Virus record (IMG/VR): IMGVR_UViG_3300032270_000884
From: an uncultured virus (IMG/VR IMGVR_UViG_3300032270_000884)
Taxonomy: Duplodnaviria > Heunggongvirae > Uroviricota > Caudoviricetes
Direction: 5' to 3' (one strand)
Length of the DNA: 28,982 nucleotides
The position numbers and the translations under genes were made by a program. The stretch's first letter is position 1. The number at the start of each line of letters is the position of its first letter. Shown here piece by piece: positions 14,639-26,740 of this stretch. Under the pieces are notes generated by a model, which worked only from the letters and a program-made list of their open reading frames with translations, made no database searches and was not told the DNA's origin.

Positions 14639-14872
14639 ATGTCACCAAAGATTAAAGCAATGCTAGCGTCATACGGACGCTCATTTCTAGCAGCAGCAAC
14701 CGCTGTTTACGCAACTGGCAATACTGATATTAAGTCAATTGCAATTGCAGCTCTTGCATCCACACTTCCCGTCGCATTACGTGCGGTTAACCCTAAGGAT
14801 CCAGCATTTGGTCTTATCGCTGGAGTTGTTGAAGCAGAACTTGCAAAGGTAGCAAAGAAGAAGACTAAGTAA
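14639..14872 (+). CDS. Putative holin
   Basis: SYGRSFLAAA..., second hydrophobic segment, ALRAVNPKDPAFG, basic tail; AAGGAG RBS. Confidence 0.7.
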   Translation: MSPKIKAMLASYGRSFLAAATAVYATGNTDIKSIAIAALASTLPVALRAVNPKDPAFGLIAGVVEAELAKVAKKKTK

Positions 14873-14874
14873 TT

Positions 14875-15138
14875 ATGAAGTGCGTTAACTGTCCAACCTC
14901 TGCTCATTACTCAGTAGTTGAGCCCGGTGTACGACCAGCAGACTATTGCAATAATTGCTTGCCTAAAAGCTTGCGACCACGTGCAGAGGCTGGGCAGTTA
15001 ACACTTCGTACTGATGAGTCAGAAGTAGTTGAAACTCCTGCACCAGCACAAACAAAAAAGAAAGCCGCTAAAAAGGCTGCGGCCCCTGCTCCCGTAGAAG
15101 AGCCATCAGAGGTTTCTGATGAAGATAACCAGAGTTGA
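14875..15138 (+). CDS. Hypothetical protein with N-terminal CxxC...CxxC and Lys/Ala-rich tail
   Basis: CVNC, CNNC, KKKAAKKAA. Confidence 0.7.
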   Translation: MKCVNCPTSAHYSVVEPGVRPADYCNNCLPKSLRPRAEAGQLTLRTDESEVVETPAPAQTKKKAAKKAAAPAPVEEPSEVSDEDNQS

Positions 15139-15382
15139 TGCGCGGCAAGCGCACCCTGTTCCAAAATCTATAATTAACCCGCAGGGTCCTTTTCCTAGAG
15201 AACTGTATAACGAAAAGCCTGTTGTAGATGATTATGAGCCAGAGATGGCCGAGGACGGTGCAAACCTTCCTATAGGCGGAACCGCCCAAAACAATTTTAA
15301 GAGCCCAAAGACTATGATCTGTTCTTGGTGCAACGCAAGGGTATTGGCTAATAAAACTGGCGACCATGTCTGTGAGGGATAG
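15119..15382 (+). CDS. Hypothetical protein with C-terminal CxxC...HxC
   Basis: CSWC...HVC; GAGG RBS; overlaps both neighbours. Confidence 0.7.
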   Translation: MKITRVDARQAHPVPKSIINPQGPFPRELYNEKPVVDDYEPEMAEDGANLPIGGTAQNNFKSPKTMICSWCNARVLANKTGDHVCEG

Positions 15383-15825
15383 TGGCTAAATCACGTAACG
15401 GCATAAGTCGCTCTGAACTCCAGCGTCAAGATGAGGCAAATAAGAAGTTAAACCTAGCCGTCAGAATGATGGAGAAGGTTGGCCTTGAAGAGAACTTTAA
15501 TAAACAGTGGACAGACTTTGAGGTGTTTGAACCTAGAGAAACCACGCCTACCTACAAGACTCAACCGGCTCCAACAACTAACGCTGATCGCCCTAGGGCT
15601 TTAAAGATTGCCTACAGTCGTGAGGCTAGAAAGCTTGTTGTTAAGTTTAGAGACGGAACTTGGTGGGAGTACAACGATATTCCTCTAAGGATGTGGGTTG
15701 GTCTAAAATCAAGTGACTCAACTGGCAAGTACTTAAAGTACTCTGGTCTTGATGCCCATGATGATATGGGCCCGTTTAATCCAAATGAAATGCCTCCAGA
15801 AGTAAGGGTGATGTTTAACAGCTAA
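15382..15825 (+). CDS. KTSC-domain protein
   Basis: IAYSREARKLVVKFRDGTWWEYNDIP..MWVGLKSSDSTGKYL matches the KTSC pattern. Confidence 0.8.
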   Translation: MAKSRNGISRSELQRQDEANKKLNLAVRMMEKVGLEENFNKQWTDFEVFEPRETTPTYKTQPAPTTNADRPRALKIAYSREARKLVVKFRDGTWWEYNDIPLRMWVGLKSSDSTGKYLKYSGLDAHDDMGPFNPNEMPPEVRVMFNS

Positions 15826-16112
15826 TGAAATCAATCGGATCACTATACGTAGGAACACTTAAGTACTACCACAGGGACATATTTCCAATCTTAGAAAAAG
15901 GTTGGACTCAAGAGACAGAACTCCCATACAGAAAAGGCGCTTGCCTAGTTTTTAGGTTCCCTAAAACTTACCCCGGGTTTTACATAGGTTTTTGGAAAGA
16001 CTCTGGATTACCAGAATATGACGAAGAAGGCGCATCAGATAGACTAGCCCAAGCGATTAACATACGAGACATGGGGTTAACGGCAGATGAAATTGAAGAC
16101 TGGAATGTTTAA
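15825..16112 (+). CDS. Hypothetical protein
   Basis: TAATG-coupled 95-aa ORF. Confidence 0.7.
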   Translation: MKSIGSLYVGTLKYYHRDIFPILEKGWTQETELPYRKGACLVFRFPKTYPGFYIGFWKDSGLPEYDEEGASDRLAQAINIRDMGLTADEIEDWNV

Positions 16113-16344
16113 AAAGAAAGAGCCTTGGGTTAAGCCTTTTAATGAAAAAATAGCAAAAAGAGTTAAGCGGATCCCTACTGGAGAACTTGACCTTTGGGTA
16201 GACCAATCTTTAGTTGAACTTGGTAGGTGCCTTAGCATGTACTCAAGAAGCAAAGACGCGGTCTATTTAAACGAGGCTTTGACTGGAGCAGAGGCAATTC
16301 ACGCCATCGTGGATGAACTGCACTCCAGAATGACCAAAGTGTAA
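16105..16344 (+). CDS. Hypothetical helical protein
   Basis: ATG 16105 (8-nt overlap) or 16087; no family recognised. Confidence 0.65.
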   Translation: MFKKKEPWVKPFNEKIAKRVKRIPTGELDLWVDQSLVELGRCLSMYSRSKDAVYLNEALTGAEAIHAIVDELHSRMTKV

Positions 16345-16379
16345 AAACGCTAAATCTATAACTCCCCTACAATTGTACC

Positions 16380-16446
16380 TACCTCACTTCCTTCTCCCCG
16401 TGTGGCAACGTAGAGCTCTGGTATAAAAGCCAGAGCTTTATGTTTT
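16380..16446 (+). ncRNA. Candidate small RNA with C/U-rich (anti-SD-like) loop
   Basis: TACAAT at 16368-73; CCTCAC-[TTCCTTCTCCCC]-GTGTGG stem-loop; terminator hairpin follows. Confidence 0.4.
16412..16446 (+). terminator. Intrinsic terminator-like hairpin
   Basis: AGAGCTCTGG-TATAAAAG-CCAGAGCTTT followed by ATGTTTT. Confidence 0.65.
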
Positions 16447-16465
16447 CTACTAAACTAAGGTTGAT

Positions 16466-18049
16466 ATGAGCGACATTGAATTCTTAGACGAAGACGATCT
16501 TTTAGACGAAGACGAAGACCAAGACCTCCTGCCCGAAGAAGAAGGCGATGGGTTAGATGAATTATCTCGTGAATTTGTAAACAAGTTAATTGATAAGACC
16601 ATGACTTTTATGGAAGCGCTTGTTGGTCACGATCTACACCCTTATCAAAAACCTCTTGCTCGTAGAATTATTGAATCAGTAATTATTAACGATGGTGAAG
16701 AAGTAACAGCGTTAGCCGCACGCCAGTCTGGTAAGTCAGAAACTATTGCTAATACTGTTGTAACACTTATGGTTCTTCTTCCGCGTTTAGGTCGTATGTA
16801 CCCAGACTTGCTTGGTAAATACAAAGACGGAATTTGGATTGGCATGTTTGCCCCAGTTGAAGGTCAGGTAGAAACTCTCTTTGGACGTGCCCTAAACCGC
16901 CTTACGTCTGAGCGTGCATTAGAGATTTTAAATGACGCTGAGATTGATGATTCTTTAGGTAAGGTCCCCGGAGTGACCCGTCAGATACGCTTAAAGAATT
17001 CTGGGTCAAGTCTTTCTATGATGACCGCCAACCCACGTGCAAAGATTGAATCTAAATCCTTCCATCTTATTGTTATTGATGAGTGCCAAGAAGCTGATGA
17101 TTTTGTAGTGTCTAAGTCAATTTCTCCTATGTTGGCTTATTACTCTGGAACAATGGTGAAGACTGGCACTCCTACTACACACAAAAATAATTTCTATAAG
17201 TCAATACAATTAAACAAACGGAGACAGACAACACGCTCTGCAAAACAGAACCATTTTGAATGGGACTGGAGAGATGTTGCTAAATGTAATACCAACTACG
17301 GTAAATTTATTAGAAAAGAAATGCTTCGTATTGGAGAGGACTCAGATGAGTTCCAGATGTCGTATTCATGTAAATGGTTGTTGGAGAGAGGAATGTTCGT
17401 CACCTCCCAAATCATGGATGAATTGGGTGATACCTCGCAAGAGACGGTCAAGGCTTGGCACCGGACACCAGTCGTGGTGGGAATTGACCCGGCACGGAAG
17501 ATGGACTCCACTGTGGTTACGGTCGTCTGGGTCGACTGGGACAGACCAGACGAGTTCGGATACTTCGACCACCGAATCTTAAATTGGATGGAAATCCAAG
17601 GAGACGATTGGGAAGATCAATACTTTCAAATTGTTAACTTTTTATCTAACTACGATGTTCTTGCGGTTGGCGTAGATGCTAACGGTGTTGGTGATGCGGT
17701 AGCGCAAAGACTTAAACTTTTATTACCTAGAGCTGAAGTTCACTCAGTCGGCAGTAGTTCTCAAGAGCAATCAAAGCGATGGAAACACCTTAAAGCACTT
17801 ATTGATCGACGTATGGTTGGGTGGCCAGCCCACGCAAAAACACGTAGACTTCGTTCTTGGAAGCGTTTCTACCAGCAAATGACTGACCTTGAGACCAAGT
17901 TTCAGGGCCCTAACTTTTTGGCACACGCCCCAGAAGAAGCCCATGCTCATGACGATTATGCAGATTCTTTAGCAATTGCTTGCGCCCTGACTATGGATTT
18001 AACCCTGCCTCAGGTGGAGATGACTTCATCCCCATTCTATGGCAGATAA
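16466..18049 (+). CDS. terL: Terminase large subunit
   Basis: LHPYQ (Q motif), ARQSGKS (Walker A), LIVIDECQE (Walker B), TGTP (motif C), VGIDPA and HDDYADS (nuclease). Confidence 0.95.
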   Translation: MSDIEFLDEDDLLDEDEDQDLLPEEEGDGLDELSREFVNKLIDKTMTFMEALVGHDLHPYQKPLARRIIESVIINDGEEVTALAARQSGKSETIANTVVTLMVLLPRLGRMYPDLLGKYKDGIWIGMFAPVEGQVETLFGRALNRLTSERALEILNDAEIDDSLGKVPGVTRQIRLKNSGSSLSMMTANPRAKIESKSFHLIVIDECQEADDFVVSKSISPMLAYYSGTMVKTGTPTTHKNNFYKSIQLNKRRQTTRSAKQNHFEWDWRDVAKCNTNYGKFIRKEMLRIGEDSDEFQMSYSCKWLLERGMFVTSQIMDELGDTSQETVKAWHRTPVVVGIDPARKMDSTVVTVVWVDWDRPDEFGYFDHRILNWMEIQGDDWEDQYFQIVNFLSNYDVLAVGVDANGVGDAVAQRLKLLLPRAEVHSVGSSSQEQSKRWKHLKALIDRRMVGWPAHAKTRRLRSWKRFYQQMTDLETKFQGPNFLAHAPEEAHAHDDYADSLAIACALTMDLTLPQVEMTSSPFYGR

Positions 18050-18127
18050 GTTTGACTTTACTATGAGAACTTTCTCGTAATAATGGATACTTTAAACCGA
18101 GGCCTCAACCTTACATAAGGAGTCATA

Positions 18128-18526
18128 ATGACAATTGCACCATCACCTAAGTTCCCAGAGCGTCCAGGTACTGTTTACGACCGCAAGGTTTCTTCAGCAC
18201 TTCCAGGACAACGTGGTCCACTTCGTTTCGAAGAAGGTATCGCAACCGATACCGATGTGCCACAAGAGTTTTCTAAGGGAGCATCGCAGGCATACCAACC
18301 TGCAGCTGGTCGTCCAAATCGCAATGCTAACGTCTTCACAAAGACAGCAGAAGAAACAATGCGTGAACGCGCACATGTTGGTTCTGCTTCATGGGTAGAA
18401 GCACCTAACTCTCTTGGAGAGTTTTCAAAAGGTGGTTTTGCAGATCACGGTTCAAACGTGTTCGAAGAAGTATTCCGCGACGGAGCACATCAGCAAGCTG
18501 CTAACCCAGCAGTAGTCCGCGACTAA
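18128..18526 (+). CDS. Hypothetical protein, probably abundant
   Basis: TAAGGAG RBS, MCP-like codon usage, own terminator. Confidence 0.8.
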   Translation: MTIAPSPKFPERPGTVYDRKVSSALPGQRGPLRFEEGIATDTDVPQEFSKGASQAYQPAAGRPNRNANVFTKTAEETMRERAHVGSASWVEAPNSLGEFSKGGFADHGSNVFEEVFRDGAHQQAANPAVVRD

Positions 18527-18539
18527 TAAAGAAGTAGTT

Positions 18540-18575
18540 CCCCACCGTCCTGGTAACGGGACTGGTGGGGCTTTT
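18540..18575 (+). terminator. Intrinsic terminator
   Basis: CCCCACC-GTCCTG-GTAA-CGGGAC-T-GGTGGGG-CTTTT (GNRA loop). Confidence 0.75.
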
Positions 18576-18591
18576 CTAAAGAGGATTACTT

Positions 18592-18897
18592 ATGGCATAC
18601 ATCCAAGGTAAAGCGGTTCAAGAAGGTCCTAAACAGATCCCTGCTAACCCACGTCTATATAACATGGTTCGTGTACAAGCAACTACTCGCTTTTCAAAAG
18701 AGTCACCTTCAAAAGGTCACTGGATTCATACTAAGTACAATCAAATGGGTGGCAAATATGTCAAATCTAAAAAAGAGATTGATCCTCGCAACAGAGACTT
18801 AATTGCTGAGAAACAAGAAAAACAAGAAGACAAGGTCAAGAAGAAGGTTACTAAACCTGTCGGTAAGGGCCTTATCAAAGGCGAATCTCGTAAGTAG
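18592..18897 (+). CDS. Basic hypothetical protein
   Basis: GAGGA RBS; Lys-rich, 101 aa. Confidence 0.75.
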   Translation: MAYIQGKAVQEGPKQIPANPRLYNMVRVQATTRFSKESPSKGHWIHTKYNQMGGKYVKSKKEIDPRNRDLIAEKQEKQEDKVKKKVTKPVGKGLIKGESRK

Positions 18898-18919
18898 AAA
18901 TCCAACTTAATATAGGCAC

Positions 18920-18928
18920 TGCTACGAT
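18920..18928 (+). promoter_or_regulatory. Extended -10 TGcTACGAT upstream of portal
   Basis: TGnTAnnnT match 33 nt before the GTG start. Confidence 0.45.
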
Positions 18929-18961
18929 AAGCGTCTTAACATTTTTAGATAGGGAGTAAAA

Positions 18962-20677
18962 GTGAGTTCAATTGACTTTTCACCGCCAAGTTATAGAGCG
19001 GCGTCAAGCGATTTAACAATCTCCATTTCTCCACTTGGTTTAGTAGAACTTGCCGATGAAGAATTTGAAGTACACGGGCCACGCCTCAACCGTTACTCAA
19101 TGAACTGGGCAATGTACCTTGGTCACCACTACTCATACCGCCGCCCAACGGGCGAAAGCCAAATCGCGCTAAACTATTACCGTGCATTTACAGACTTCAT
19201 TATCAACTTCACTTTTGGAAAGGGCGTACAGTTCCGCTCTCCAAAAGAAACAGAAGCAATCGTTCCTGACATTCTTGAAAGAGTTTGGGAAGTTGACAAC
19301 AACAAAGCAACCGTTTTGTGGGAAATTGGTCAGCAAGGAACGGTCTCTGGCGACTGTTTTATCAAAGTTGCTTACGAAGAAGAGTACAAAGATCCTGCTG
19401 GTCGTGTTCACCCAGGTCGCGTTCGTATTCTTCCTCTCAATTCTTCCTTTTGTTTCCCAGAGTTTCACCCGCATGACCGCGAACGTCTTATTCGCTTTAA
19501 ACTTAAGTATCGCTTTTGGGGTACATCGCTTGAAGGTACTCGCCAAGTATTTACGTACACCGAGATTTTAACTGATGACATTATCGAGGAGTACATCAAT
19601 GATGAACTTATTGACTCTCGCCCTAATCCGCTTGGTGTTATCCCTGTTATTCATATTCCGAATGTTCGTATCTCTGGTTCTCCTTGGGGTCTTGCTGACT
19701 GCAACGATATTATTAGCATTAACCGTACTTACAATGAAACTGCTACTGATATTGCCGACATTGTTAATTACCACGCTGCACCGGTTACGGTCATCATTGG
19801 TGCGAAAGCAAGCCAACTTGAAAAAGGCGCAAACAAAGTCTGGGGCGGTCTACCAAAAGAAGCTCGAGTCGAAAATCTTGAGGGTGGATCACAAGGACTA
19901 AAGGGCGCAATGGAGTTCATGGAACTTCTAAAGAAATCTATGCACGAAATGGTCGGTGTTCCTGAGACCGCTCTAGGTCAGGCAATGCCAGTATCTAATA
20001 CTTCTGGTGTGGCACTTTCTATTATGTTCCAGCCTTTAATGAACCGCTACCATCAAAAAATTATTCAATACGCACATGGACTAGAGCGTATTAATGAGCT
20101 TATTCTTCTTAACCTTGCAGTTAAAGAGCCAGAAACTTTTACGTGGAATCCAACAACTAACACGCCACTAAAACCTGATCAGGTGGCCCAGTTAGACCCA
20201 AACGATCCAATCACGTACCGTTCTTACGTACATTTCCCACAACCACTTCCACTAGACAAGCTGATTGCTCTTAACGAAGCGCAGACAATGCTTTCATTAG
20301 GACTTGAGTCTAAGGAAGGTGCTCTTCGTGCGCTTGGCGAAGAATTCCCTGCTGAAAAGATGCAAGAAATTCGTCAAGAACTTATGGATGACGCCAAGGC
20401 TGATGGCGCCCTACAAATGCTAAAGAATGAAATTGCTGCTGAAATAACTAAGTTGACTGGCTTTATGCCAGGTCCTGATGGGGCCCCTGGTCAACCTATG
20501 ATGAACCCAGAGTCTGGAATGCCTATGGCAGGACAGCCTAATGCAGCAAGTCCTGTACTCGATGAGGCCCAAGCAATGGTGGCTGCAGGAGAACAAGGCA
20601 TACGTAATCGTTTGGTAACCGAGGCTTATGGAACAAAACTTCCACAAAGACGTGTACCAGAGGAATACGAAAAATAA
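18962..20677 (+). CDS. Portal protein (SPP1 gp6-like)
   Basis: Position between terL and scaffold; MYLGHH, NPLGVIPVIHIPN, SPWGLAD, SNTSGVAL motifs. Confidence 0.9.
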   Translation: MSSIDFSPPSYRAASSDLTISISPLGLVELADEEFEVHGPRLNRYSMNWAMYLGHHYSYRRPTGESQIALNYYRAFTDFIINFTFGKGVQFRSPKETEAIVPDILERVWEVDNNKATVLWEIGQQGTVSGDCFIKVAYEEEYKDPAGRVHPGRVRILPLNSSFCFPEFHPHDRERLIRFKLKYRFWGTSLEGTRQVFTYTEILTDDIIEEYINDELIDSRPNPLGVIPVIHIPNVRISGSPWGLADCNDIISINRTYNETATDIADIVNYHAAPVTVIIGAKASQLEKGANKVWGGLPKEARVENLEGGSQGLKGAMEFMELLKKSMHEMVGVPETALGQAMPVSNTSGVALSIMFQPLMNRYHQKIIQYAHGLERINELILLNLAVKEPETFTWNPTTNTPLKPDQVAQLDPNDPITYRSYVHFPQPLPLDKLIALNEAQTMLSLGLESKEGALRALGEEFPAEKMQEIRQELMDDAKADGALQMLKNEIAAEITKLTGFMPGPDGAPGQPMMNPESGMPMAGQPNAASPVLDEAQAMVAAGEQGIRNRLVTEAYGTKLPQRRVPEEYEK

Positions 20678-20801
20678 TCAGTTTAGGCAGTATTTTTCTC
20701 TAAATACTAGAAAAATTGATACTGCTTGAAAATGTTTGGTCATATGTGTTAAGGGCTTCGGCTCATTCGTAAAACGACCCCTAGGATGTAAAGGAATCAA
20801 A

Positions 20802-21602
20802 ATGTCAGAAGGTTTAGAAACGGCTGTAGCAGAAGCATTTGCAACTGACTCAGCAACTGTCCCAGTAGTAACACTGTCTGGTGTTGACGCACCTACTGCT
20901 ACTACCGCTGTATCGGAAGATGTGAAGAACAAGTTCTACACAGAAGAAGATTTAGCAAAGGTTCGTTCACAGGAAAAAGAGAAGCTTTACCCACAGATTG
21001 AAAATCTAAAGGAAGAGCTCAACTCAATCAAAAGAGAACGAGAAGAAGAAGCCGCTCGTAAAGCAGCAGAGGCCGCAAATATTGAAGCCGCCGAAGCAGC
21101 AAAAGCTAAAGAACAAGCAGAGTCCGAACTTGAAGTTCGTGAATTACTGAAGGTTAAAGAAGCAGAGTGGCAGGAGCAGTTGGAGCGTGAACGTCAAGAA
21201 CGTGAACGAGCCTTCGCTCTACTGGAGCAAGAACGTACGTTTACAGACCTTCAGAACTACCGCTCACAGCGGTTAGAACAAGAACGCGAAACAATCATGC
21301 CAGAGCTTGTTGATCTTCTAGCGGGTAATACTCGTGAAGAAATCGAAGCAAGCATTGAAGGATTGAAAGAGCGCTCAAACAGAATTCTCGAATCGGCGCA
21401 GCAAGCAATGCAAACCGCACGTCGAGATATGACGGGGACAAGGGCAACCTTGCCTCCAGCCGGACCACTGGAAAATAATTCGTCACAACGTAACTTCACC
21501 GCAGCAGAAATCGCTGCAATGTCTGTTCAAGAATACGCACAATACCGAGATAAGCTTATGAGCCCAACGGCTCGTGGCATATCACAGGGCATGCTCGGCT
21601 AG
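20802..21602 (+). CDS. Capsid scaffolding protein
   Basis: ATG 20802 after AAGGA; FYTEEDL, Glu/Arg coiled coil, IAAMSVQEY C-terminus; directly precedes MCP. Confidence 0.85.
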   Translation: MSEGLETAVAEAFATDSATVPVVTLSGVDAPTATTAVSEDVKNKFYTEEDLAKVRSQEKEKLYPQIENLKEELNSIKREREEEAARKAAEAANIEAAEAAKAKEQAESELEVRELLKVKEAEWQEQLERERQERERAFALLEQERTFTDLQNYRSQRLEQERETIMPELVDLLAGNTREEIEASIEGLKERSNRILESAQQAMQTARRDMTGTRATLPPAGPLENNSSQRNFTAAEIAAMSVQEYAQYRDKLMSPTARGISQGMLG

Positions 21603-21645
21603 TAACCCTACAATCCAAAAATCCAACTAAGGAGCTAATAGCTAA

Positions 21646-22713
21646 ATGGCATCTGGAATCACGGGTACCGGCAACCTCGCTGCGTCCCCAACCGCTTACA
21701 GCGGCACAAACACACAACTAACTCAGGCGATCCAACAGATCTGGTCAAAGGAAATCCTTTTCCAGGCTCTGCCAATTCTTCGCTTTGAGCAGTTTGCAGT
21801 AAAGAAGACTGAACTAGGTGTTGCACCTGGTCTTCAGATTAACTTCATGCGTTACAACAACCTCGGATACGCTTCAGCGCTTGTTGAAGGTGTTCGTATG
21901 CAGACTAACGCACTTACAGCGCAACAGTTCTCAATCACAGTAACTGAGCATGGTTATGCTCTTGCTGTTTCTGAGCTTCTATTGAACGCTTCATTCGATG
22001 ACGTAATGGCTTCAGCCTCACGTCTTCTTGGTCGTAACATGGCTATCTACCTAGATAACCTTTCACGCGACACACTCATGGCTGCATCTTCAACCATTTA
22101 CGGTGAAGATCGCTCAGACCTCACAGCAGTTAACAACTGGTACGCAAACGGCACAACTGCCGGTTCACGTGCTGCAATGACTGGTAACTTCTTCTTGACA
22201 CCACATACTGTCAAGGACGCTGTTGAGTCACTAGCCACAAAGAACATTCCTCGCCTTGGTGAGACATATGTTGCTTTCGTTCACCCACACCAGAGCCGTA
22301 AGCTCCGCGACAACGCAGAGTTCATCGAAGTAACAAAGTACGCAGCTCCAGGTAACTTCATGCTAGGTGAAATTGGTCGTCTATACGACACAGTATTCAT
22401 CGAAACAACACAGGTTGAAAAGGTTGCTGGCGGTGCTGGTTCAGGTTACTCAGCTGACACAGCAGTAACACCAACAATCACAGCTGGTGGTGGATACATC
22501 ACTCCAGCAACAAAGACAGGTAACGGAAACAAGGATCGTTATGCAGCTATCTTCATCGGAGATAACGCATTCGGTCACGCAATCTCACTTCCTGTTGAAC
22601 TACGCGATGGCGGTATTCTAGACTTCGGTCGTGAGCACGCTCTTGCTTGGTACTCAATCTTCGGTCTTGGTCTAATTACTGACCAGTCTGTAATCATTGC
22701 AGAAACCAACTAA
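21646..22713 (+). CDS. Major capsid protein (N4-gp56-like)
   Basis: IWSKEIL, F.RYNNL, L.EG, YVAFVHPHQ..KLR, GEIGRL, DFGR...LAWY; TAAGGAG RBS. Confidence 0.93.
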   Translation: MASGITGTGNLAASPTAYSGTNTQLTQAIQQIWSKEILFQALPILRFEQFAVKKTELGVAPGLQINFMRYNNLGYASALVEGVRMQTNALTAQQFSITVTEHGYALAVSELLLNASFDDVMASASRLLGRNMAIYLDNLSRDTLMAASSTIYGEDRSDLTAVNNWYANGTTAGSRAAMTGNFFLTPHTVKDAVESLATKNIPRLGETYVAFVHPHQSRKLRDNAEFIEVTKYAAPGNFMLGEIGRLYDTVFIETTQVEKVAGGAGSGYSADTAVTPTITAGGGYITPATKTGNGNKDRYAAIFIGDNAFGHAISLPVELRDGGILDFGREHALAWYSIFGLGLITDQSVIIAETN

Positions 22714-22747
22714 GTTCAAAAAGGCTTAAAAAAACTTAATAGCAGAG

Positions 22748-22775
22748 GGGAGGGGGGCCTAAAAACCCCCCTTCT
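22748..22775 (+). terminator. GC-rich hairpin after MCP (weak terminator or stabiliser)
   Basis: GGGAGGGGGG-N8-CCCCCCTTCT; no canonical U-tract. Confidence 0.4.
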
Positions 22776-22808
22776 ACAAATTCACTTTTAAAACTTCGGA
22801 GGATACAA

Positions 22809-23174
22809 ATGGCAGGAAAATCACCAACTGACGTCACGGGTCGTAAGCGAGATGCTCTCGCAGCGGCTAACGCAGAAGCAATGCAAGAGCGAGCAAATGA
22901 AATGTCGCTAGCAACAGCAGAAGCACAGATCAAATTAGAAACAGAAGTAATTGACGCAACAGTTCCTAATCGTCCAACAGTAGTTGTCGATAAGGTAACA
23001 ACCGTAGGTAAGCAAGATGGCGAAACCGTAGAAATTCGTGTGGTTTCAGACATTGAGAACATGACACTTGGCTCTGGGAATAACTATTCTTTTAAAGCCG
23101 GTCAGAAGTATCAGGTTACTACGCAAGTTGCTCAACACCTTAAAGAAAAAGGTTATTTAGCTGGCGTTATCTAA
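22809..23174 (+). CDS. Hypothetical capsid-region protein
   Basis: GGAGG RBS; 121 aa. Confidence 0.8.
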   Translation: MAGKSPTDVTGRKRDALAAANAEAMQERANEMSLATAEAQIKLETEVIDATVPNRPTVVVDKVTTVGKQDGETVEIRVVSDIENMTLGSGNNYSFKAGQKYQVTTQVAQHLKEKGYLAGVI

Positions 23175-23190
23175 TATTGGTTTCTAACGT

Positions 23191-23222
23191 GACGGCGGGT
23201 CTTCGGGCCCGCTGTTTCGTTT
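23191..23222 (+). terminator. Intrinsic terminator with cUUCGg tetraloop
   Basis: GACGGCGGGTC-TTCG-GGCCCGCTGTT-TCGTTT. Confidence 0.8.
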
Positions 23223-23289
23223 ATAAAGACTTTTAGTAACAGCACGTGGGATTATATGTCTAACGTGTGCCAACAAATAAGGAGCAAGA

Positions 23290-26077
<2,788 letters not shown>

Positions 26078-26410
26078 ATGGCAGCTATTGAACGCCTAGG
26101 CGTAACCAAGTTAACTAGCGACGTAGCTTACGGTGCTAGTGGAACTACAGTATTTACGGCAAATGATAAATACCTAATTTCAGTAATTGCAGCAAACACC
26201 GTCTCTACTGATGGGCGCATATTTGTATACGTTGTGCCTTCAGGAGCTTCAGTAGCCGATTACGGAGTAATTGCGTACGCACTACCCGTATCCGGATATA
26301 ACTCATATGAAACTTTTAGATTTGGTGTTAATAACACCGACGTAGTAAAAGTTGCCGGCTCTGCTGGTTTAGCTTTTTACGTTCAAGGTATAGACCAAGT
26401 AACGGTTTAA
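26078..26410 (+). CDS. Small beta-rich virion/fibre-associated protein
   Basis: AGGA RBS; same overall pattern as 6194..6529. Confidence 0.75.
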   Translation: MAAIERLGVTKLTSDVAYGASGTTVFTANDKYLISVIAANTVSTDGRIFVYVVPSGASVADYGVIAYALPVSGYNSYETFRFGVNNTDVVKVAGSAGLAFYVQGIDQVTV

Positions 26411-26419
26411 GGAGACTAA

Positions 26420-26740
26420 GTGCCAGGCTTTGCAAATCCCGCAGATCTAGTATCAGCAACGGTAATAGGTTACGACTCAAGAGACACTCTTCCCCTAGCT
26501 AGCGCTATTGGTGGGTACCCAACCCTTGAAGAAATTGGCGATAAAACCTTCTACGGATGGAAATTAGACCCGTATACAGGCCGCCTTACTGTTACTAAAA
26601 TTGACTCAGACGATAACTCAGTAGTTGACCTACCAAAAGAAAACATTTTAAGAGATAATGACTACAAAGTATGGGTCTGGACCACAAGCTTAATCAAGCT
26701 AAGTTGGAACTCTGACCATCTAAATATGGAGGTAAATTAA
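26420..26740 (+). CDS. Hypothetical virion-region protein
   Basis: AAGGAG plus GTG start; stop overlaps the next ATG. Confidence 0.75.
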   Translation: MPGFANPADLVSATVIGYDSRDTLPLASAIGGYPTLEEIGDKTFYGWKLDPYTGRLTVTKIDSDDNSVVDLPKENILRDNDYKVWVWTTSLIKLSWNSDHLNMEVN

